Positions 1 through 8,973 of a stretch of DNA of 64,000 bases are shown here, piece after piece (position 1 is the first letter of the stretch; each line of letters begins with the position of its first letter). Source of the stretch: Cyanidioschyzon merolae (taxonomy: Eukaryota); NCBI GenBank assembly GCA_000091205.1, contig AP006498.2; one strand, given 5' to 3'. The notes below the pieces were generated by a model that did no database searches, was not told the origin of the DNA, and saw only the letters and a program-made list of their open reading frames with translations. The position numbers and the translations under genes were made by a program.

Positions 1-2052
1 AGTGTGTTTCGGTCCATGGGCGTGCTCGCTACGGTTAAGGTGACGGAACGGGACTCGATGGCTTCTGGACACATACTCTGGATATGTGAGATTCAGAGCC
101 TCCGCCAATTCAGTCGGTCTGCATTCCGAGGAAAGAAAGGATATAGAGTATAACGACCCCGTCCATGCCATTTCGCGAAGTGAACGACAAGGCGATGAAG
201 GATCTGGCCTCTATGGACAAGCACGAATCATTCGAGCAACTTTGCTCTGAGCATTTGTGGAGCTCGTACAGGCTTGCTCCATACCTGGCAAAAATGCGGG
301 CAAGTTTAGATGGATTCCAGAGGACCGCTGTGTATCCATCTGCACGGATTTGGTGAAACTCGTGAAACCGGGACCTGAATCGAACGACGAGACTCATTTT
401 CAACCATTCAATGTGGATGAAGAGAAAGGCAACCTATTGGGTGTGGATCCCGTGTCCGAACACATCATGGCCGTTGCCGTACCCGTAAACCAACAGTGCA
501 GGGGCAAAGCCCTGAACGGAAACCAGACGACGATACGTAACTTGTTAAGGGCCCGGTATGATCGCGAGTCGGGCGTGATCGATACCAGGAGACCTACCGA
601 CAAACGGAATGACAGTGCCAAAACCCCGAAGTCGACGCTCTGAGCACTGCATCGTGCAGAGCGGAATCCCCTGTTCGCCTCATTCAGAGTGAATATGAGC
701 GTCGAAAACAGCTCATGCGGACGATGCTTGGTAAGAATACCCGAGAGCACGCTGTGGGTTGCCAACGATATCGGCTATGCGGGGGCGAGATGCATGTGTT
801 CGAGAACTTGATCAATGTGCTTGGAAATGAAATGAACCGCAAGATGCGTCATTCGGTGGCAGCCCAAAGCGCTCAACGTACTGTGGCCCGCCAACGTAGC
901 GCCTGTGCTCCCTCTACGAGCCCGCACAGCGCGTGCAGGATTCGATGCTGCACGATTCGCACCGATGCGTTCGGCACGACATCGGCACTATGGAGGCAAA
1001 TGTGCACACCGTGGTTAATAGACGTGGAGACGGGGACGAAACAGAGCCTGGATGCACGATGTGATGTACGGGAAGCTGACCGCAGGTCAGAGAGCGAAGC
1101 AATCGAAGGTGCGAGGCTTGCGATGCGGTGATTCCACCATCCCGACTACGTTCGAGAACGCGCTGCACCGAGACTTGAACGCCTCGATGACGACCCGGAA
1201 ATAGCATGCGCTTCGCGAGCGTCCAGCAGCTTTGTTTCGAGCGTTGCTTCGAGCGAATCGTTTTGTGCGCTGTATGGGTACTGTGTTGAAACGCACCAAA
1301 CGCACGATGAAGCGATTCGGCGGCCAGGGGAATCGACGTTGGATTCTGGCCTTGAGCACGGTACTGATATGGGACTGTTCGGCTATCCAGCAAGGCTGCC
1401 GCACCGACTTTATCAGTCCCGAAGGATTCAACTCAGCTAAGGATGAACGAAGATAGTGTTCCATGACTCGATATGACGAATTACATCGTAGCCGCCGCAT
1501 GCTAGACTAGGAATGCGTTACGAAAGGCACAATATCTGCAATACTGGACTCGAGGTGGAAAGTTGTAGCGCTGGTGTGCGTCTATCACCGGACAAAGTGC
1601 TGTTCCTGGACGACGGCAGACGCAAGAGCATCTGCTGCCTCTGGCATCGTATTTCGGCGCGGTGGACTCGGGACCGGCTCCCCTGCAGACTCGACCAAGT
1701 TTCTGAACAAGAAATGGCATTTTATGCCTTTCATGAAACAGCGCCCTGCCGTCGGACTGTCATCTGGTTCTTCCTCGAGGCACCTCGAAGAAGCGTTCCC
1801 AGGACTAGAAAAAAGCATGCGCACAACCGAGTTGCGCTCAGATGCCTGTGTACACCAGGGTCGCTGACGAGCTGGACGTCCATGAACTGCACAGACTCGT
1901 CGAGTCATCGCAGCGGAACTCGAGTGGATCGCACCAACGAGGCTCTCACGAGCCACCGCGACGACTCTCTGTGATCAAAAAGGTGCTGCGATCGGTACGG
2001 AAGCAAGCGAGCAACTGCCTCCAGACGCTGCACCCAATCGTTTGCTCGCTGA

Positions 2053-3438
2053 TCAACTGTCTGATGTGTGTGGGAATCCTTCAATGAAACGTCGATAGAT
2101 GGCAAGCTTGTCGACGACCTCTCGCCACAGTGCGACTGGGCCCTCTGCACCCTGCGATACGGCCTGTGCTCGATACTCACCAAGACGCTTCGAGATATTC
2201 CAGGAGAACCGAGACCGTTCACGCCATGCAGTGCTTTTGCCAGCGCTCGTACTGGCGTCCAGGTCTCGTTCGGGTGACTCTGCAACAAAAGGCGGTGGAG
2301 GTACACGCGGACCTAAGATCAGCTCCGCCGACGCTGACGCTACGTACCATACGCCTTGGTGAACTTCTCTCTCGAGTTGGCCAGGTTCCCAGCCACAGTA
2401 ACCGCAGAAGAAACGAACTCGATCGGGGCGAGCAAGCGAACCGCGGCGCGCCAGTTCAGTAAGGCGACCAAGTCCACCGCAATAGACGCCCCCCGGCACA
2501 ATTTCGTACGCAACTTCGTCAGCTGCGCTCCCCGGCAGCTGCTGACGATCGTTCGATGCCAGCAGAGAGCTTTCATCATGGAGCACCAGCAGGGAATCGA
2601 GACCAACCGGGCCACCCAGGTAGAGCGCCTCTCTGCCAAAAACACGCCCCAGGTCGGTGCCCGCCAGAGAGCTAACGAATGATATGCGCTGGGCTGCGCG
2701 GCGGTTCATGATGACCCCCGTTGTACCGTCACTGCCGTGCTCCAGAACGAGAATCACTGTTTGTGCAAAGTACTGCTGTTCATTGAGGAAATGTTTCGGG
2801 GACGCAACCAGAATGTTGCCGGTTTCGATCGCAGTAACTGGATGCACCCAGCGCATGTCGATATCAGCACCAGTCCATTCCATGGAATTCATGCGAGGTG
2901 TCTCCTGCACACGCTGCGGTGAAGCGTGCAGTGCGTCCCCGGTCGAGGAGCTGGGGTCAAGCAGTTCGCCTGCTTTGCTTGCACGGTTCTCGGTCGCAGC
3001 GTTCTCAGGTGACTCAGCCGGTGCACTCCCTTCAGTTTCGACTGTACCGAATGCGTCACCGTATTCGAGCTCTCGCCGCAAGAGTTGCATTCGGAACGCG
3101 CGCCAGTCACGGAGACGCTCGCGAACGTGTGCCTCGTAACCTGCGTGGCGTCGCTGCGACCTCCTCCTCCTCCTCCTCGAGCTGTCAGGAGTGTTCGCGT
3201 CAGCACCAGCGCCGTGGTTATGATCCTGCTCTGGAGGCTCTCCAGTATTTGAGGCACACGCACGCACACGGAACGAGATAGGCACCGTTCTTGGACTAGA
3301 GACGCTCCCAGACGACCCGTAGCCGAGCCCCGAGCCTGACCATTGACAAACGGATAACCGTCGGTGCCTCTGGAGCGACTGCTGCTGGACCCTGGTCCGT
3401 TGTCCCCGACTGGAACAGTTACAAACTATCCAAGTCAT
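2053..3438 (-). CDS. DUF179 (YqgE/AlgH, UPF0301) family protein, probably organelle-targeted; the conserved domain fills the C-terminal ~300 aa
   Basis: The ORF 2053-3480 opens with GTG, and the first in-frame ATG is at 3438. Family motifs are present: GNILVASPKHF...TTGVIMNR and FFCGYCGWEPGQLEREVHQGVWYV, which correspond to the GYAGWxxGQLExE signature of AlgH/YqgE proteins. The N-terminal ~200 aa are Arg/Ser-rich and low-complexity, which could be a transit peptide or an over-extended ORF. Confidence 0.6.
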   Translation of the reverse strand: MTWIVCNCSSRGQRTRVQQQSLQRHRRLSVCQWSGSGLGYGSSGSVSSPRTVPISFRVRACASNTGEPPEQDHNHGAGADANTPDSSRRRRRRSQRRHAGYEAHVRERLRDWRAFRMQLLRRELEYGDAFGTVETEGSAPAESPENAATENRASKAGELLDPSSSTGDALHASPQRVQETPRMNSMEWTGADIDMRWVHPVTAIETGNILVASPKHFLNEQQYFAQTVILVLEHGSDGTTGVIMNRRAAQRISFVSSLAGTDLGRVFGREALYLGGPVGLDSLLVLHDESSLLASNDRQQLPGSAADEVAYEIVPGGVYCGGLGRLTELARRGSLARPDRVRFFCGYCGWEPGQLEREVHQGVWYVASASAELILGPRVPPPPFVAESPERDLDASTSAGKSTAWRERSRFSWNISKRLGEYRAQAVSQGAEGPVALWREVVDKLAIYRRFIEGFPHTSDS

Positions 3439-3674
3439 GTACAGGTAGAGCCGGTTTGCCTGAAAGTTCGCAGCGTGCACGTATCAAAAGCGCTTCCGAA
3501 GAACGGAGGCAAGTGAGGCGGAAAGCGAGCACCATACCGGTGGCAGTTACGCTTCCGCATACGCGAATCGCAACCGCAGAACGGGCAGCAGCAACGGCAG
3601 GGCGTCGATGATCGGGACACGGCCGTTGCACCACCGGCGCTGGTGCGCATTCATCAGCCGTTGCGCCTCTCGCG

Positions 3675-4308
3675 CTGAAAAGACGCGTTTCCACGGATCA
3701 GGGGATCCCAGATTGCCGGATGGACGGGTATTGGCATTCGGGAATGCGTCCAGGATGCTGCAGCCTATCTCCAAGTTCCATTGCTTGTACTTCCTCTCGG
3801 AAATACTGGTTGTTCTGTGGGTTCTATCGTGAACAGAGTGCCTGCGTCGCTGCTCCCGCCGTAGCGTCTATATCGCTGGAGTGGATGCAGCACGGAGATA
3901 GAGCTGTGCTTTGTCGTACCACTGAGGGTATCTGTTTGAGGAACGCTTCACCTGAAACGGTGTCGGGATACATAGTGAGTTTGGGAGCCAGAAATCTGTC
4001 CAGACAAGCCTAGTGCCTGCGACAGCTCGAATTGATATTCTGGGCGTCCACTGCGACCCGGGCGACGCCCAGATGCAGCGGAACTGCCCCGAGTCTCAGA
4101 GTCAACTGCGTTGCGTACGAGTTGCTCAGATCTCGCTAGAGCACCGGGCACGGAGGAGAGCATGGAGCACGAGCCTGGCAGACTCGCGCGGCTTGCAGGA
4201 TCTGCTACCTATACGGTAAACTGTCGACAATATGGAAACATTTTCCCGCTTTTAACGTTTATCTCAGAGGACGAAAGAAATCGTTGTATCGTTGCTAGTT
4301 GGTGAATC
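3675..4308. repeat. Left terminal inverted repeat of c1, about 634 bp; contains one 105-bp subterminal repeat unit and the GGATCCCAGATTG terminal motif
   Basis: The terminus begins GAAAAGACGCGTTTCCACGGATCAGGGGATCCCAGATTG. The same motif is present at the c2 left end (about 28270) and at the solo fragment near 38650. Confidence 0.75.
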
Positions 4309-4487
4309 GTTTTTGCTCTTTGTTTGCATAGCGCGGTCGATACGCGCACCTCCATATCTGGTAGTTACGAGATGCGACGCGCATCTCGCCGTTGAAGGGA
4401 AACGCTATCAGGATAATTAGCAAGGTGTTCGACCCTACAAGTTGTACTTGCGTTAAAGCCATCGCAAAGTGTATTCCCTAAATTCAG

Positions 4488-6340
4488 TTGTGTTCCACTC
4501 TCAAAATAGTATATTCATATGCGTTTTCGCAGCTTACAACAGAAACCTTCGAAGTGCCTTTTATTTCAAAAATAAAAAAGTTATGGAACTGGAATTTGAG
4601 GATCCCGGAGGGCCGGTGTCGCCGACTGCCGAAGAAAAATGAGAAGCAGAGCCGAGCAAACAGGAACTGGAAAAGACGAACAAGCAGAACGGGGAGGCCC
4701 GACGTCCGGAGTTGTACGAAAGACGACAGTACCACGAGATTGCGGAGTAAGCCGGATTTCCTAAACATATCATGGACCGTACAAGGAAAAGTTGCAAGAT
4801 GCCATCAGAACCCGTGTCGAGTCCTTCTCTAAGAGTGTTCGTAACGCTTCTTTAGTGCTGATGCATATGGCGAGGGAGATGTATTACGACGTTACAAACG
4901 TCAAAACAGTCGAGGTTCCGCAGGAATTTTTAGACAATACCTTCATTCATCACCTGAAGGTTGGCGCAGGGGAAGCATCGTGGGGAAATGCGCGAGTACA
5001 TGCCCTCCAGGAAAGTTACACTGAATACCGCTTCAAGGTTACTCAATACAGGGGTGACTCGCGTATCTACGAGTACGGGGCGATGAAGTACCCCACGAAC
5101 CCGAAGAACCATATGTTCATGGACCTCGAACGCTTCATGATACGCTCCGTCTTCGCACTCTGCCCGGGTCTCTTGCGCAAAGCGATATGGAACATTATCA
5201 ATAGCATCACGGACGATCGCCAGCATGAACAAGAGATGAAATTCGGTAACAAGAAGAAATCACACAGTAGAAAGAATGAAGACTCTGTGATCCGTGCGGC
5301 TCTACAGGAGCACTGTGCGGTACTGGGGCTGCCGAATCCAGCAGAAAAGGTATCAGAGTTAAAGAGAGTTAAAGAAAGATTTTATATCTTCTTCCTGCTG
5401 TATTTCGTGTTTCCGAACCGAGAGCTCGAACTCAAGGCGGATATGGAGCAAGGTGTGGAAGAGCATGACGAGTCGTAGAAACGGAAGGCTGCGCTTCTTG
5501 GCAAGCGCTTCAATGTCATTCCATTATGCGACGTCAAATCACATTTTGTGATCATCGACTGCAGAGTCCTTTACAGCATCATGAAGGAGATCCGTCTGGA
5601 GTTCAATCTAAGCAACAGGGGGTTTACGGGTGAAAATTGGGAGACGTGCTGCAAGAAGATCCTCGATTTCAAACGCCTCAAAACGAGCAAGAATAAGGTA
5701 CTCACAGGCATCATCGAAAGCGATGGAGTAGCGAAGTGTGTACACTGTCGGCGGTTGAAGGTTGATCGTACTGGTCCGTCTTCCTTGTCGCCCACGGCGG
5801 AGCATGAACATGAGAAACTGGAGGATCTTGCGACGCAGGGGGTGCATGAGAGCGACTTTGTCGTTGGCGCGGACCCTAAGAATACGAATCTCGTAACCGT
5901 CGCAGCACCCAAGCGTGCGGAGGATGTTAACGACGGCAACTTACGTCATAACGACGTGCGTCTTTTAAAGTTCTCGAAAGCGAGATATTACCTAGAATCG
6001 GGAAAAATGAATGCAAGGAAAATAATTGAGACATGGAATGCAGGAGTGAAAGAGTACCTGGAAGCTGTGATCCAGGTGACGAGCCGCGGTGCGGAGTTTC
6101 AAGCTTTTCGGGAATTCATGAAACCTCAAACTGCTCATCAACAGGAGCGGTGGAAAGCGTATATCAAGCTCTGGTGGGCACATCAGCGAATGAACCTGGA
6201 CGGAGGCAAGCAGCTTGCATTCACTAACTACATCAATCAGTTAAGCACCCTCTAGGAAGACAAGGGTCAAATGCTCGTAAGAGCGTACGGAGCAGGGCGC
6301 TGGATAACCAAAACGGGAGCATACCTGCTCCGTTGACGCA
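4488..6340 (+). pseudogene. TnpB/Fanzor-like RuvC nuclease pseudogene (c1); one frame is continuous from 4792 to 6337 except for two in-frame TAG codons at 5476-5478 and 6253-6255, and upstream ORF 4488-4832 is in another frame
   Basis: The conceptual translation contains RuvC-I FVVGADPKNTNLVTVAAP (Asp codon at 5872-5874). It also contains the downstream block LVRAYGAGRW at about 6277-6303, which aligns to the RuvC-II region of c2 and c3. The sequence then decays: frameshifts garble the Zn-ribbon and RuvC-III region (NRDFNSVVN) around 6340-6640. Confidence 0.6.
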
Positions 6341-6704
6341 GGGAGTACAAGGAGTGAGCATACCGTTCTGTCACAATACCGATAGATAAGTTCCGAACGT
6401 CCTATATACACCATGAACTGGGGGTGTACACGTCATTTGGTCGAGATGCAAAAGTGCCACCGGAGCGCTGGGGATATAGACAAGTACGGAGCGCTGACGG
6501 AAGAGCAAAGGGAAGGGACACGGAGGGCACAAATTTGAGGTCTACTTGCACTGGTGTATATAACCGGCTGCGGCAAGAAACGGATGGATTTTGTGAATCG
6601 TGACTTTAATTCAGTCGTCAATAAAGAGAGCTGTGCGTCGATGGATACAAGACCCGCGGAGCTGGCGCGACCCAACTTTTTGGGGCAACCGCTCAGGGTT
6701 AAAT

Positions 6705-6773
6705 TATATGAGAGAAACTGAAGCCAGGAACAGGCGGCCGGTCGAGAAAGGCTGTTAGACGTCTGCACGTCGG
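6705..6773 (+). ncRNA. Conserved 3' non-coding block of the TnpB/Fanzor-like element (c1 copy); an omega-RNA scaffold role is a speculation by analogy only
   Basis: The block is conserved across all three copies (c1 6705-6773, c2 31578-31653, c3 60764-60826), with an approximate consensus GAGAAACTGA..GGTCGARAAA...GCGTCTGCRCG. Flanking sequence is diverged and the ORFs here are degenerate. This is inference only. Confidence 0.3.
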
Positions 6774-6892
6774 TTTATACACACGCACGGTATCGGCGTG
6801 ATGGACGGAACGGCACGTCTAACAACGGGAGAGCGAAAGCAAGTGATGTGCAGCTATAGCGATGATCCACATGGTTGAAAAGGAACAGAGAC

Positions 6893-7527
6893 GCACGATC
6901 CACTAGCAACGATACAACGATTTCTTTCGTCCTCTAAGATAAACGTTAAAAGCGGGAAAATGTTTCCATATTGTCGACAGTTTACCGTATAGGTGGCAGA
7001 TCTTGCAAGCCGCGCGAGTCTGCCAGGCTCGTGCTCCATGCTCTCCTCCGTGCCCGGTGCTCTAGCGAGATCTGAGCAACTCGTACGCAACGCAGTTGAC
7101 TCTGAGACTCGGGGCAGTTCCGCTGCATCTGGGCGTCGCCCGGGTCGCAGTGGACGCCCAGAATATCAATTCGAGCTGTCGCAGGCACTAGGCTTGTCTG
7201 TACAGCTTTCTGGCTCCCAAACTCACTATGTATCCCGACACCGTTTCAGGTGAAGCGTTCCTCGAACAGACACCCTCAGTGGTACGACAAAGCACAGCTC
7301 TATCTCCGTGCTGCATCCACTCCAGCGATATAGACGCTACGGCGGGAGCAGCGACGCAGGCACTCTGCTCACGATAGAACCCACAGAACAACCAGTATTT
7401 CCGAGAGAAAGTACAAGCAATGGAACTTGGAGATAGGCTGCAGCATCCTGGACGCATTCCCGAATGCCAATACCCGTCCATCCGGCAATCTGGGATCCCC
7501 TGATCCATGGAAACGCGTTTCGGAAAA
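6893..7527. repeat. Right terminal inverted repeat of c1 (reverse complement of 3675-4308)
   Basis: Direct sequence comparison. It ends in the reverse complement of the left terminus (...CAATCTGGGATCCCCTGATCCATGGAAACGCGTTTCGGAAAAGCG), followed by a (GC)8 run at 7549-7566. Confidence 0.75.
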
Positions 7528-7656
7528 GCGAAAATCTATTTGATAGGATTTGCGCGCGCGCGCGCGCATCATATCGCGCGCCATCATTTAACGATGCTCC
7601 GCTCTGAGCGCCTTGCTGCACACGAGCTGTCGTTCCGCACCAAATGCTCTATACCC

Positions 7657-8589
7657 ATGGATAACTGGAGCAGCGATTATGAGTCGGATACAACAGTGGG
7701 CCTACAAAACATAGCCTTCCGAGTACTGAGTGTTCTGGGTATTGGGCTGTGGTTGCACTGCAAGGGACGTCGTCGGCGACGGCTCAGACGTGCTGCAAGC
7801 AACTCGCAAGGCCGCGAACAGGTAGCCGTAAGCTCCCACGACGCTCAATCATTTCCAAAATACGTTTCTGGGCAACAGATGGTTTCGAAAAGTTCCAGTG
7901 TCAAGCGTCAGGAGGGCACGCAGGGCTGCGACAAAGACGATAGCAGAATCGAAGGGGCGACGTCGCCTTGGTCACATGACGCGTGGCAACGGCTGCAGCT
8001 TGCCTGTCAGCGCGCCCAACAGCAGTGCATCTCGCTCGAGGACGAGCTGAAACGCGTTCTTCGCGAGCGAGAGGAACTCCAAGAGGCCCTCTCCATGGCA
8101 CGCGGCGCTCTGCAGCCCTGTGAGCAGAGCACGGGCTGCGCTGCACATGCAGCGCCTCTGCTTGCATCGTTACCGCCGCCGCGCAAGGCAGTGGACCAAA
8201 AGCCCAGCAAACCAGAGGCTCAACGAATGGCGGGTGCTACTGTAAACCTCGACGACGCTACGCAGCCGTGGCTAGAGCATACGACTCCGGTGCCGTCGGA
8301 CCAGTCGAGTCCGTTCCAACAGGACGAGGCGGCGTCCGGAGCCCATTCGCCTGCTGCTCGTTCTGGACCTGTGCTTCCGGACACGCTTGGTGGACTCAGG
8401 CTCGACCCTGTCGAAGTCGCTGCCGCCATGGCGCTCCGCCAGCGTGGATTTGGTGGAGGCCTGCTCAACGAGGCCTCCATCGATGACGTTCGACGACGAC
8501 TGGGTTTTGGTGGTAGTGCTCACTCGTGCAAAAACGCTGCACAAGCACCGACGCATGCTATGGACGCCTTCACGTACTATGGAGATTAA
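7657..8589 (+). CDS. hypothetical protein, Gln/Ala-rich with a predicted coiled coil (LEDELKRVLREREELQEAL)
   Basis: ORF 7507-8589 begins inside the c1 right TIR. The first ATG outside the TIR is at 7657. No recognisable domain is present, and GC-rich antisense ORFs overlap it. Confidence 0.3.
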   Translation: MDNWSSDYESDTTVGLQNIAFRVLSVLGIGLWLHCKGRRRRRLRRAASNSQGREQVAVSSHDAQSFPKYVSGQQMVSKSSSVKRQEGTQGCDKDDSRIEGATSPWSHDAWQRLQLACQRAQQQCISLEDELKRVLREREELQEALSMARGALQPCEQSTGCAAHAAPLLASLPPPRKAVDQKPSKPEAQRMAGATVNLDDATQPWLEHTTPVPSDQSSPFQQDEAASGAHSPAARSGPVLPDTLGGLRLDPVEVAAAMALRQRGFGGGLLNEASIDDVRRRLGFGGSAHSCKNAAQAPTHAMDAFTYYGD

Positions 8590-8973
8590 AGCGCAGGGCT
8601 CATGTGCGCTCCACGAAGAGCATTCGCGGGCTTCCAGTGTGGAATCGTCCCAGTCGCCGTCCATGACACTTCACCACCGACTGAACGCTGCGATCCGCGC
8701 ACTATCCATCGAAAATTTCGACTGCATCCTTGAACTGCAAACTGTCCCCGAAAATACCAGCTCCTTTACAGTTATGGTTCCGAGCAACTGGTCAGCGGCT
8801 GCACCGAGTCGCCCTGCTAGGCACCGCATGCACGCGGAAGCAGATGCCGAGGATCAACGGTCTATCAGGCACCTTTGGCCGGTCGCCGGCCACGGGTGTA
8901 TGCGGTTTCCCCACTGCACCCGAAATGCCGAACGAGAACTGCTTCCCCAGCGCCACGGCACGTTGCAAGCGAC

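Larger units (their letters stand above)
3675..7527 (+). mobile_element. TIR-bounded DNA transposon, copy c1, non-autonomous with no transposase ORF, carrying a pseudogenised TnpB/Fanzor-like RuvC nuclease gene
   Basis: 3675-4308 is the reverse complement of 6893-7527, and the six-frame track shows identical ORF peptides on opposite strands (3608..3832+ equals 7369..7587-, and 4111..4305+ equals 6854..7090-). The internal 2.6 kb is homologous to c2 and c3. Confidence 0.75.

Noticed and set aside
1-2050. Cluster of 60-160-aa ORFs on both strands at the window start
   Set aside because: They are mutually overlapping and compositionally biased with no recognisable motifs. They may be intergenic sequence or part of a gene extending beyond the window, and I cannot support a call.
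5476-6255. Two in-frame TAG codons in the otherwise open c1 TnpB-like frame, considered as possible stop-codon reassignment or readthrough
   Set aside because: Host genes in this window terminate with TAG (the CFAS fusion and DUF218). c2 has GAG at the first position. Ordinary nonsense mutations in a decaying copy are the simplest explanation.
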